10,716 bases of DNA from Candidatus Methanofastidiosum methylothiophilum (GTDB lineage: Archaea > Methanobacteriota_B > Thermococci > Methanofastidiosales > Methanofastidiosaceae), in the NCBI GenBank assembly GCA_001587715.1, contig LNGC01000051.1, positions 1 through 10,716 on the forward strand, read 5' to 3'. The notes under the pieces are model-generated. The model made no database searches. It saw nothing but the letters and a program-made list of their open reading frames with translations, and was not told the origin of the DNA. Shown piece by piece: positions 1 through 7,789 of the stretch. Both the position numbers and the translations under genes were made by a program. Within the stretch, counting starts at the first letter, position 1. Each line of letters starts with the position of its first letter.

Positions 1-2
1 GG

Positions 3-815
3 TATGATTTAGTATTCCAACATAACAGGGAGTTTCTATTAAGTCCTAGGGGTCATGGTAAAACAATGTTTTTACCAAGGTCGGTTCTAGAACATGAAAC
101 CCTTTTTAATAAAAATTTTAATTCCCTAATTATTGGTAAAACATATAAACAAGCCAATAAAACTTTAAAAGTAGTTAAGACAGATTTAGAAGAAAATAAA
201 CTTATTTTAAGAGACTTTGGGGAAGAGCTAGATGAGTATGATTCAGTTGGGAATCAACTTTGGTATAATATAGATACTACTGACCAAATTTTAAGGGATG
301 CAACTGTAGAAGCTAATGGATTATTAGGGGATATTACAGGGGGTCATTTTAACCTTATTATCCTTGATGATATTATAGATGATGCAAATTGTCTAACCCC
401 AGATAGTAGAAGAAAAGTAATGGAATGGGTACAGGGTACAATTATTCCAATGCTTAAACCGGGAGGGTATATTTCTGGTATAGGAACTAGAAAGCATTAT
501 GATGATGCATACCAAGAGATGATAGACAGCCCCGGATGGTATGTTATTCAACAAAAAGCTATTCTCAAAATGCCCAAAAGTTTTGAATATGTTTATAAAA
601 CCATAGGTGGGCAGCAAATAGCAGTAGGAATTAAAAATGTAGTAGGGGAGTATAAAGTATTATGGCCCGATGTATGGTCATTAGAATTATTATTATTAGA
701 AAAGAAAACAATGGGGAGTATCTTATTTAATAGGGAATACAATAACGATACTTCCCAGATGAAGGGTAAGATATTAAAAGACTTCTGGCTGAATAAGTAT
801 GTAATAATGAAATAA
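3..815 (+). CDS. terL: Large terminase subunit, N-terminal ATPase domain. It is 5'-partial: the reading frame is open back to the window edge.
   Basis: Frame 0 has no stop between nt 3 and the annotated ATG at 66. The upstream translation reads YDLVFQHNREFLLSPRGHGKTMF, i.e. a Walker A P-loop (RGHGKT) lying before the annotated Met, so the true start is upstream of the window. The Walker B-like motif is FNLIILDDIIDD. The C-terminal stretch LWPDVWSLELLLLEKKTMGSILFNREY resembles the terminase ATPase-to-nuclease linker. Its position just ahead of the portal fits. Confidence 0.8.
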   Translation, partial: YDLVFQHNREFLLSPRGHGKTMFLPRSVLEHETLFNKNFNSLIIGKTYKQANKTLKVVKTDLEENKLILRDFGEELDEYDSVGNQLWYNIDTTDQILRDATVEANGLLGDITGGHFNLIILDDIIDDANCLTPDSRRKVMEWVQGTIIPMLKPGGYISGIGTRKHYDDAYQEMIDSPGWYVIQQKAILKMPKSFEYVYKTIGGQQIAVGIKNVVGEYKVLWPDVWSLELLLLEKKTMGSILFNREYNNDTSQMKGKILKDFWLNKYVIMK

Positions 816-1366
816 ATGCTACAGAGGATATTAAACTGGCACCCCCACTAGATTCTATGACTATATACCAAGGATGGGATTTAGCAATAAGAGAAAAAGA
901 AACATCTGATTATGTAGTATGTACTACCATAGGGGTAACTCCTAAAAATAAGATATATGTACTGGATTGGTTTAGGGATAGGATGGCATTCCCAGACCAA
1001 GTAAAACAGGTGAGAGAATTATATGATGAATTTAGACCTGAAAGAATTGCAATAGAAACTAATGCATATCAGTTAGCATTAAAGCAACAGGTTCTAACTG
1101 AAAGAATATTACCTATAAAAGAGATAGAGAATATTAAGAATAAAGTACAGAGAATAATTTTAAGTTCAGTGAATTATGAAAATGGGTTAGTGTATCTCCC
1201 AATAGACCACCCTTATTATAATGCATTTATGGATGAATATAGGACATTTGATGATGGAACTCACGATGATATGTTAGATAGTTTAGACATGGCGATGAGG
1301 TTAATATTAGAACCAAAAGGAATACCATTTAAACGAGGTTTAAGGAGTAAGGTACATGCAAGATAA
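797..1366 (+). CDS. terL: Large terminase subunit, C-terminal RNaseH-like nuclease domain. It lies in the -1 frame relative to the ATPase fragment; the annotated ORF starts at ATG 857, but the frame is open from 797.
   Basis: The translation (MTIYQGWDLA...YVVCTTIGV...IYVLDWFRDR...RIAIETNAYQ...DDGTHDDMLDSLDMA) matches the terminase nuclease-domain pattern: an Asp early in strand 1, a central acidic residue in IAIE, and a C-terminal HDD..D. There is no SD upstream of ATG 857. This frame is open back to 797 and overlaps the end of the ATPase ORF. Confidence 0.75.
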   Translation, partial: VCNNEINATEDIKLAPPLDSMTIYQGWDLAIREKETSDYVVCTTIGVTPKNKIYVLDWFRDRMAFPDQVKQVRELYDEFRPERIAIETNAYQLALKQQVLTERILPIKEIENIKNKVQRIILSSVNYENGLVYLPIDHPYYNAFMDEYRTFDDGTHDDMLDSLDMAMRLILEPKGIPFKRGLRSKVHAR

Positions 1367-2798
1367 ACTACCATTAGGGAGGGTTATGCCAGTAATGAGC
1401 ATTAACCCAGAAGAAAAATTAATGCGAATGTTAAGAAGGTATGACCCCAATTTCCAGTTTTTCCAGTTGCTGCAAATGGTAGATTATCCAGTAGCTAGTG
1501 ATTATGAACTATTTTTACATTACTTTAGGGGAGGGGCAGGGCCATTTATAGACTTATTTTTATACTGTGATTTAGGGGCGGACTGGACATTAAACCCAGT
1601 AGGATTCGATAGTGAGGAAGATGGGGAAGAAGCTGTAAGGTTAGTAGAGGAAGATTATTTTAGTGATAAAAGGATGAACTTTAGAAGGACAATGAATGAG
1701 ATAGGGGCATATTGTGAAATCCTAGGGAGAACTTGTTATGTAGAAACATTTAATCTAGCAGAGGATTATTTCTATGATAAAAATATGAAAGTAACCGGAC
1801 TAGATGCAATAAACCCAATGGTACTAAATGAGGAAAGTATTAAAAAGGCATTAGCAGACACCACTGGAACAGTACCCTTTAAGCAGGAAGGAGTTACAAC
1901 AGATGGAAAATATGTAGCGATTCCATTTGAACAGGAAAGAGTTTTTTATTTTACTAAAAATATTGTGCCAAAATATAGTCCGGTAGGAAATTCAGAACTA
2001 CAAAGGTGTGTAACTGACCTTAGAACCCTAGCAAGATTCCCACACTATAGGATGAAGATAGGTAAAAAATATTCAGAACTATTTAGGGTAATTCAGATTA
2101 ACACGGAGAAACTAAAGGAAACTGGTATGGGGGAAACTATAACTGAAAGTACAGAAGAAGCCCAAAAATACTTAGATGAGACAGCAGAATTTTATAGAGA
2201 CCAAGAGGATAAAGGGGGAACTGTAGCTGTATTTGATTGGGAAACATTAATAGAAAGTTCATGGGCAGGTAAGGAAGTTAAGTTTAGTGAAATAGAAAGG
2301 GATACAGTGCAAAGTATAGGGTTAAAGTTGGGAGTTCCAATGGAACTTATGACCTATGCTGCTGATGCTATGAACAGGGCAACACTCTTAGGGTTACTGG
2401 ATACATTTGTATCTAAAAGGGAGAAGGGGACTAGGAAATGGTTATACACTCCCATAATACAAAATACAGCCAATAAGATTTTAAGAATAAATGATATACT
2501 GGATGGACATTTAGAAGTTAAGTATAATCCATTCTTATCTAAAAACTTAGTGGAAGTTGCAGATATACTAAGTAAGTTATACCCAACAGGGGCAATAACC
2601 AAACCAGAAATAAGAAAACCATTTGACTTTTTACCAAAAAGATTAGATTTAGGAGGGGAAGAATGGGAAGAAGCAGGAATGGACCCCAAGCCAAATCCTC
2701 AAGCAAAAATTAATCCAGTAGAATTAGCAGAAGAAGGGGAAGGAATTGCAGAAGTTGCTAAAGAAATGCTACAGAAAGGATTAATTAACTTATTATAG
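1356..2798 (+). CDS. Putative portal protein (480 aa)
   Basis: It directly follows terL with an 11-nt overlap. An AAGGAG SD lies 7 nt upstream of the ATG. Its size and its place in the canonical terL-portal-MuF-protease/scaffold-MCP order support the call. I did not recognise a diagnostic portal motif by eye. Confidence 0.55.
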   Translation: MQDKLPLGRVMPVMSINPEEKLMRMLRRYDPNFQFFQLLQMVDYPVASDYELFLHYFRGGAGPFIDLFLYCDLGADWTLNPVGFDSEEDGEEAVRLVEEDYFSDKRMNFRRTMNEIGAYCEILGRTCYVETFNLAEDYFYDKNMKVTGLDAINPMVLNEESIKKALADTTGTVPFKQEGVTTDGKYVAIPFEQERVFYFTKNIVPKYSPVGNSELQRCVTDLRTLARFPHYRMKIGKKYSELFRVIQINTEKLKETGMGETITESTEEAQKYLDETAEFYRDQEDKGGTVAVFDWETLIESSWAGKEVKFSEIERDTVQSIGLKLGVPMELMTYAADAMNRATLLGLLDTFVSKREKGTRKWLYTPIIQNTANKILRINDILDGHLEVKYNPFLSKNLVEVADILSKLYPTGAITKPEIRKPFDFLPKRLDLGGEEWEEAGMDPKPNPQAKINPVELAEEGEGIAEVAKEMLQKGLINLL

Positions 2799-2809
2799 AG
2801 GTATAGATA

Positions 2810-3880
2810 ATGGAGAAAGTTGCAGAAGCTACAAGGGAGAAAGTAGCAATAGATGAAGCTCTGTTATGTTACCTTATAGAAAAATCTGGAATAAAAAATT
2901 TAGATGAATTTGAATTATGGGTAAAGGGAGAAGTAGAAATTAAGCCCAAAGTAGAACATGCCCATATTAAAAAAAGTAAAAAAATAAAAGTTGAATTTAA
3001 ACCAAACCCAAACTTAGGAGAAGCAGGGGCAACCAAGGAAGAATTAAACTATAGGCAAGTTCTTATTTTATACTTAAAACCAGTTTGGGATTCAGCTAAG
3101 AAAATAATTATAGAGAGCGATTTATCACTACAAGAAAAACATGTAGAGATAAATAAATTAATTGAAAATTTTATATCCAATGTTCAAAAGGTTGCACAAT
3201 CTACAGTAACAAGTAGGTATAATGCAGGGTATACCCGGATGGAAGGGTATGTAAAGAAAGCTAAATACAAAATACCTTCACGACCCAAAGAACAACCTAG
3301 ACTTGATACTTTACTCCTACAGCAAACTATGAATATAGAGGATATTGGATTAACATTAAGGGGTAAGTTAAGACAAATCCTAAATATAAAAGCAGTCCAA
3401 GATTTTTATGAACAAGGAAGAGAAGGAAAACCAGACCCGGAAAAAATAAAAAAAGCAGTTCCAAAACCTAATTGGACTGTATGTATGAAAAGAGTAGCTA
3501 AAGAACACCCTGAATGGTCAGAGGCAGAAGTTAAAAAATGGTGTGAAGTCTTTGCTTATGAGGAAGAAATTGATAAGGCAGTAGATGACAGTAAGAGAAG
3601 GGTTGATGCCATAGGAATGTTTGGATTTCTGGAATCAGATAAAGCAGGATACCTTCAAGCTGCATTATTATTATCAGTAGGAATTACAGAACTTACAATG
3701 AAAATTCCATGGGTAACTATGGGAGATGCTAATGTATGTTCAGACTGTTTAGCTAGGGAAGCAGAGGGGCCATATTATCCAGAAGATTACCCGGAAGACC
3801 AACACTATGGTGAAAGATGTGTACCCGGTGAACCTGTATTTTTCAAAGGAGTATTAGAGGATGTGTGGGATTATGCATAA
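2810..3880 (+). CDS. Putative minor head / head-morphogenesis protein (Mu F / SPP1 gp7-like)
   Basis: It sits downstream of the portal. The C-terminal region QHYGERCVPGEPV resembles the conserved H-x-N-C-R-C-x-x-x-P signature of Phage_Mu_F domains, and a nearby CSDC cysteine pair is present. SD is AGAGG. Confidence 0.45.
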   Translation: MEKVAEATREKVAIDEALLCYLIEKSGIKNLDEFELWVKGEVEIKPKVEHAHIKKSKKIKVEFKPNPNLGEAGATKEELNYRQVLILYLKPVWDSAKKIIIESDLSLQEKHVEINKLIENFISNVQKVAQSTVTSRYNAGYTRMEGYVKKAKYKIPSRPKEQPRLDTLLLQQTMNIEDIGLTLRGKLRQILNIKAVQDFYEQGREGKPDPEKIKKAVPKPNWTVCMKRVAKEHPEWSEAEVKKWCEVFAYEEEIDKAVDDSKRRVDAIGMFGFLESDKAGYLQAALLLSVGITELTMKIPWVTMGDANVCSDCLAREAEGPYYPEDYPEDQHYGERCVPGEPVFFKGVLEDVWDYA

Positions 3881-3995
3881 AGAAATAAGAGCTTATTGCA
3901 CAGCATGTAAAAGGGAAGTTAAGTTAGACCAGGTTAAGCCAAATATTATGAAGATTATTGGAACCTGTAAATGTGGAATGTTATTTAGGAAGTAA
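3873..3995 (+). CDS. Zinc-ribbon micro-protein of 40 aa (MHKEIRAYCTACKREVKLDQVKPNIMKIIGTCKCGMLFRK). It is absent from the supplied ORF track.
   Basis: The ATG at 3873 overlaps the stop of the preceding gene (ATGCATAA), suggesting coupling. The frame is clean to TAA at 3993-3995. It carries C-x2-C-x19-C-x-C, a classic four-Cys zinc-ribbon spacing. It fills the otherwise empty 3881-4014 gap and shares the orientation of the operon. Confidence 0.45.
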   Translation: MHKEIRAYCTACKREVKLDQVKPNIMKIIGTCKCGMLFRK

Positions 3996-4014
3996 AAGGG
4001 AGGGATAAAAATAG

Positions 4015-5073
4015 ATGCCATTTGAAGGGGATAAATATATTCATTTGCCAAACCCAGAACATCCTGAATCTGATTTTAGAAGATTGGGAAATGGTAATTT
4101 AAATATAGTTGCTACTCAAAACTTTGGAAGAGGTATTAAGGCAAGAATAGGATTGCTTAAAGGTACCAACGATTCAACAGCGGTAGTAGTTTATTTATTC
4201 GATAAAACCAAGTGGGGAATGGCAACTGCTAAAAAATGGATAAAAAACCATACTCAAAAAGGAAGTGGATATATGGAAGTTAAATCAATAAGTGGAAGTT
4301 TTAATTTTGTAATGCCATTTAAAAAAGCTCAAGAAGAGGAAGATGGGTATTACTATCTAGAATATGCACTAAGTACAACTGACCCGGACTTAATAAATGA
4401 CCAAATTACAGAAGAATGCATAGATGACATGATAAAACAAGCCCCCAAGCTAAACAGTTTTATGAGCCATAATTATGACAAAGTAATAGGGCCAATAATC
4501 AAAAGCTGGAAAGAAGTAACCGAAAAAGCAACGGAGATGTGGATAAAAGTTAGGGTAAAACCAAGTATGCGGAAAGAGATAGAAGAAGATATTAATACAG
4601 GGGTAAGGTATGGGGGAAGTATTGGTGGCGAGTTTATAAAAGGATATCAGGAAGGTGAGATAAGAAAAATAGAAAAAGTGCAACTAATGGAGGGGAGTTT
4701 AACGACAATGCCTATGAACTGGGCAACTAGTGGTTCAGCGAGGCAGGGGATAGCTAAAGGGTGTCCAAATAATATTTGCACCCAAATTTTAAAATCAGCA
4801 GATATTAAATTTTCAGGAAAAGATATAGGAGTTGATAGTATTCCTAACATGGAATTGATTAAAGAAATTAATAAAATAAGTTTAGAATTAAAAGCTGTAA
4901 CAATGTTGCCCGGATGGCCAGAAGAATTAGATAGTGTAATAGACACAGATAAAGCTCAACTGATGGATACCCTAGGAACACTAGTAAACAATTTAATAAG
5001 ACTAGTGGAAGATATAATAAAAGAAGAAGGAATATCCATAGAAGAGTTGCAAGCAGTGGCAGAAGCAGCTTAA
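4015..5073 (+). CDS. Prohead maturation protease (HK97 gp4 / peptidase S78-U35 family) with N- and C-terminal extensions
   Basis: Strong SD (GGGAGGG). The catalytic-His region NSFMSHNYDKVIGPI matches the l-f-n-H-d...iG motif. The catalytic-Ser region YGGSIGGEF matches S-I-G-F. About 85 aa lie before the protease core and about 110 aa after it; the C-terminal part is helix-prone and delta-domain or scaffold-like. It is located upstream of the scaffold and MCP. Confidence 0.7.
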   Translation: MPFEGDKYIHLPNPEHPESDFRRLGNGNLNIVATQNFGRGIKARIGLLKGTNDSTAVVVYLFDKTKWGMATAKKWIKNHTQKGSGYMEVKSISGSFNFVMPFKKAQEEEDGYYYLEYALSTTDPDLINDQITEECIDDMIKQAPKLNSFMSHNYDKVIGPIIKSWKEVTEKATEMWIKVRVKPSMRKEIEEDINTGVRYGGSIGGEFIKGYQEGEIRKIEKVQLMEGSLTTMPMNWATSGSARQGIAKGCPNNICTQILKSADIKFSGKDIGVDSIPNMELIKEINKISLELKAVTMLPGWPEELDSVIDTDKAQLMDTLGTLVNNLIRLVEDIIKEEGISIEELQAVAEAA

Positions 5074-5113
5074 GAAAAAGCAAAAAGGATAAGTTTTTTA
5101 GGAGGACAAAACC

Positions 5114-5830
5114 ATGAAACAAAAAGGTAAAGAAAATGATACTCAGGGAGAAGATGAAAAAATGGGGTTACTAAAGAAAACCTTAAGTACCCTAAAAGAG
5201 GTTAAAGATGCATTAACTGGAGAGGAAGGGAACCCCGGTGAAGAAGGGAATCCTGGAGAGGAAGGGAACCCCGGTGAAGAAGGGAATCCTGGAGAGGAAG
5301 GAAACCTAGAAAACCCTGCAGAAGAAGATGGAGAAGGGGAAGAAGGGGAAGGTGAAACATTGAAACCAAAAGATGTAAAAAGTATCCTTAAAAGGATAGA
5401 TGCCCTAGAACAGAAAGACTATAATCAGGAAAAAATAATCAAAAAACAGGGAGAAACAATTAAAAAACAAAACAAAACAATTGAAACCCTACAATCAGAT
5501 AAAACAGAAAAAATCCACAAAGGATTAGTCAAAGAAGCCCTTACATGTTCCAAAAAACTCAATGATACAACTGTTACCGATGAAAAATCCTTAGAAAAAG
5601 CTGTAAGGAAAGAACTAGATATAGACAAAGAAAAAGAAGTTACCGATGCAGACATTAACACCTATGTAAAAGGACTAAAGATAGCAATGAAAAGGATACC
5701 CGATGGGTATGTACCAATAATAACAGATGAAACAGTCCAGAAAGAACAGGATAAAACCAAACAAAAAATCAAAAAAATGAGAGAAAATATGAGTAAACAT
5801 GGGGTAGTTGGGGCAGAGGAATCTGAATAA
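5114..5830 (+). CDS. Putative scaffolding protein (238 aa, highly charged, with an (EEGNPG)5 repeat)
   Basis: SD is TAGGAGG. The composition is extremely K/E-rich and coiled-coil-prone (KEVKDALTGEEG..., IIKKQGETIKKQNKTIETLQ). The gene lies between the protease and the capsid gene, which is typical scaffold position and composition. Confidence 0.6.
   Translation: MKQKGKENDTQGEDEKMGLLKKTLSTLKEVKDALTGEEGNPGEEGNPGEEGNPGEEGNPGEEGNLENPAEEDGEGEEGEGETLKPKDVKSILKRIDALEQKDYNQEKIIKKQGETIKKQNKTIETLQSDKTEKIHKGLVKEALTCSKKLNDTTVTDEKSLEKAVRKELDIDKEKEVTDADINTYVKGLKIAMKRIPDGYVPIITDETVQKEQDKTKQKIKKMRENMSKHGVVGAEESE
5221..5310 (+). repeat. In-frame tandem repeat. A 36-nt unit (gaggaagggaaccccggtgaagaagggaatcctgga) occurs twice perfectly, followed by a degenerate third copy. 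It encodes EEGNPG five times.
   Basis: Direct reading: 5221-5256 and 5257-5292 are identical; 5293-5310 diverges (gaggaaggaaacctagaa). Confidence 0.9.
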
Positions 5831-5859
5831 ACTTCCCCCCATTAAAAATTTTATAGGAG

Positions 5860-6312
5860 ATGCAAAACATGGGATACCAACCAGAATATGGACATAGGTT
5901 AATAAGGGAAAGGTTTGTAGAAACCGGTGAAACAATACCTTACTACCGCATTATAAAACAGGGTACAACTGAAACCAAAGTTAAATTAGGAACTTTAGGT
6001 TGCAGACCCCTAGCTATTTCCATTCCCTCAGAGGAAGCATTCATGCCAAATGGTTCCGGTGGGATAGTACCTAGAACCGGATATGTAGCGGGTGAAATAC
6101 CAGAAGCACAAATGACAGGAATAGCATTTGTAGAACTAGCAGAAACTGTAAGCCAAGGAGAATTATGTGGGTCAAGTGCCAACGGAAGAGGAATAGCAGT
6201 TGAATTATCCCTAACAGGTATGAACACTGAAATAGGAACTGTAGCAGGCACATTCCTAGAAGGTGGAGATGCAGGGGATATAGTAAGAGTAGACATGGAC
6301 AGGAGGCAGTAA
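5860..6312 (+). CDS. Hypothetical Gly/Ala-rich beta protein. Possibly a head decoration or capsid accessory protein, judged by synteny only.
   Basis: SD TAGGAGAT lies 8 nt upstream. The gene sits between the scaffold and the major capsid gene, as lambda D does relative to E. Its stop overlaps the MCP start (TAAGATG), suggesting coupled expression. No motif recognised. Confidence 0.3.
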   Translation: MQNMGYQPEYGHRLIRERFVETGETIPYYRIIKQGTTETKVKLGTLGCRPLAISIPSEEAFMPNGSGGIVPRTGYVAGEIPEAQMTGIAFVELAETVSQGELCGSSANGRGIAVELSLTGMNTEIGTVAGTFLEGGDAGDIVRVDMDRRQ

Positions 6313-6313
6313 G

Positions 6314-7207
6314 ATGGGATTACTAACTGATGCAGCAATTAACTATTATGAGTTAATAATGCTGGAAGAAATAGAACCAAACCTAGTAGGAACTCAAGTT
6401 ATAGCAAAAGCCCCCGATATACCAGTAGGTGCTCAGCAAGTTACTAGGGATGAAATTGCAAAACTGAAAGGTAAAGCCAAAAAGGGTAAAAAAGGTCAGC
6501 CCATTCCTAGAGAAACTGGAGATGTATCTAGGAAGACTGTATTAATCCCTGAAATAGCTCACGGTTTCACCCTACACCGGAAGGACATCCAAGCTTCCCA
6601 AAGGGCAGGAACACCCCTACCAGATGCAGCTGCAAGGCAGTCCTCAAGATTAGTTCTAGAAGCCATAGAAGATATGGTATTTAATGGGATACCAGAACTA
6701 AAAATTAAGGGAATCTATGCTGATGCAGCGGATACCTATGCTGTGGAAGATGGTTATGAGTGGAATAGTTCAAATGCCCAACCATTTAATGACATGATTG
6801 CAGCTATGGGGCAACTAGCAAGCTCTGGGAAGTATATAGGAAAAAAATTAATACTTTCTCCTTTAGCTTATTGGTCAGCACATAAAACTAACACCCTAGG
6901 AGTTAGCTATATGGACCAGATTGCCAGTTTATTCCCTAACGGAAAAGCTGACATATTCCAAGCTCCTTCTACTGCTAACGGTGGAGAAACTATTATCCCT
7001 GTTGATGGTGGGGTTCTCTGCGACTTTGGGAATGGTATAGCTGAAAGGTATGTAGAAGAAGAGGTGAACCTGCAACAGGACTTTGGAATGGATGAAAATA
7101 ACTTATTCCCATTCAATGTTCTAACCTACCAGTCTCAGGATATACACCGGACAGAAGCATTCCTTAAGCTAGATAACTTGATTGATGTAGACCTATTAAC
7201 CCCATAA
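6314..7207 (+). CDS. Putative major capsid protein (HK97 fold, 297 aa)
   Basis: It is the last gene of the terL-portal-protease-scaffold series and is coupled to the upstream ORF. Its size is typical for compact HK97-like MCPs. A T-rich terminator-like tract follows it, as is common after highly expressed capsid genes. I did not verify the fold. Confidence 0.55.
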   Translation: MGLLTDAAINYYELIMLEEIEPNLVGTQVIAKAPDIPVGAQQVTRDEIAKLKGKAKKGKKGQPIPRETGDVSRKTVLIPEIAHGFTLHRKDIQASQRAGTPLPDAAARQSSRLVLEAIEDMVFNGIPELKIKGIYADAADTYAVEDGYEWNSSNAQPFNDMIAAMGQLASSGKYIGKKLILSPLAYWSAHKTNTLGVSYMDQIASLFPNGKADIFQAPSTANGGETIIPVDGGVLCDFGNGIAERYVEEEVNLQQDFGMDENNLFPFNVLTYQSQDIHRTEAFLKLDNLIDVDLLTP

Positions 7208-7220
7208 AGGGATTAATAGG

Positions 7221-7242
7221 TATTTTTTTATTTTTTTTTATT
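7221..7242 (+). terminator. Oligo-T tract (T7-A-T9-A-TT) immediately downstream of the capsid gene. It may be a terminator or attenuator, of archaeal oligo-T type or a weak intrinsic one.
   Basis: Read directly as tatttttttattttttttttatt. Only a weak 3-bp stem (ccc-ataaa-ggg) precedes it, so a canonical bacterial hairpin is not evident. Confidence 0.3.
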
Positions 7243-7254
7243 AAATAAAGGGAG

Positions 7255-7746
7255 ATGAAGCCAATGCCAGAAGAAGAAGGAAAAAAGGTAGAAGCTACTG
7301 GAACTATTTTGGAGGAAATAAATAGTGAAGAAGAAGCAGATAAAGCTATAGAAATTGCACAACAAAAAAAGGCAGAGCTAAAAATTAAACAGCATGAAAA
7401 AGAGCTAAGGAAAATTAAGTGCAAATGTGGAAAATCTTTAAAAGTAAATCCTAAAGATTTCATGGGAAGAGATGGAACCAGAGCTAAGAGATATACCTGC
7501 GAAAAATGCCAGTTACAAACTAAAGTCCAAGTAACATATAATAAGGAACTAGGAGAACTAGAACTTAAAATTAATAGGTTACAAAAAGCATGGGTAGAAA
7601 TGCACCCAAGCAAATTATCCGATGACCAGATAAAAGAATGGGTTAAGGATGAAGTGGAAAACCTAAAAAGAGGAAGGAGTAAGTTTCCAAGGAAAGAAGA
7701 GCAGATATTACTTAGGGCAATAGATTTAGCGATAAATCCAAAATAA
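7255..7746 (+). CDS. Zinc-ribbon plus coiled-coil protein, 163 aa by the track. The functional start is more likely Met4 at 7264, which has better SD spacing.
   Basis: It carries C-x-C-x23-C-x2-C (KCKCGKS...YTCEKCQ). Charged helical regions flank the ribbon. AGGGAG lies 9 nt upstream of ATG 7264. Oligo-T tracts bracket both ends of the gene. Confidence 0.6.
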   Translation: MKPMPEEEGKKVEATGTILEEINSEEEADKAIEIAQQKKAELKIKQHEKELRKIKCKCGKSLKVNPKDFMGRDGTRAKRYTCEKCQLQTKVQVTYNKELGELELKINRLQKAWVEMHPSKLSDDQIKEWVKDEVENLKRGRSKFPRKEEQILLRAIDLAINPK

Positions 7747-7759
7747 ACCCTATTATCTG

Positions 7760-7773
7760 TTTTTAATTTTTTT
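7760..7773 (+). terminator. Second oligo-T tract (T5-AA-T7) between the zinc-ribbon gene and the next gene
   Basis: Read directly as tgtttttaattttttta. The strong SD GAGGTGGG of the next gene follows immediately. Confidence 0.25.
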
Positions 7774-7789
7774 AGAGGTGGGATAGGAT

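Noticed and set aside
393-617. Minus-strand ORF of 74 aa, antisense to terL
   Set aside because: It is wholly embedded in a + strand gene with recognisable Walker motifs and has no SD. Its translation is the low-complexity F/L/I/N-rich product expected from reading AT-rich coding DNA backwards.
797-815. Programmed -1 ribosomal frameshift site in terL
   Set aside because: No canonical slippery heptamer (X-XXY-YYZ) and no evident downstream stimulatory structure could be identified in the overlap. The frame change is kept as a finding but cannot be called programmed.
2354-2689. Minus-strand ORF of 111 aa inside the portal candidate
   Set aside because: It is antisense to a well-supported operon gene, has no RBS, and has a low-complexity composition. 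The same reasoning applies to the other antisense ORFs: 4450-5122, 5425-5935, 5943-6338, 6907-7116, 7164-7613, 7894-8112, 8579-8770, 8915-9121, 9392-9891 and 9904-10134.
5221-5310. Possible CRISPR-like repeat array
   Set aside because: The repeats are contiguous with no spacers. The unit is 36 nt and in frame, encoding EEGNPG within a clear CDS. It is a coding tandem repeat, not CRISPR.
5836-5859. TATA-like box (aaaattttatagg) as an internal promoter for the 5860 gene
   Set aside because: It lies only about 11-17 nt upstream of the ATG and overlaps the SD. That is too close for a TATA box at -26 plus a leader. It is more likely just AT-rich spacer.
6314-7207. Encapsulin shell protein instead of a viral capsid
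   Set aside because: The context argues for a bona fide viral head module rather than an encapsulin nanocompartment: it includes a terminase, a portal-sized gene, a MuF-like gene, a prohead protease and a scaffold.
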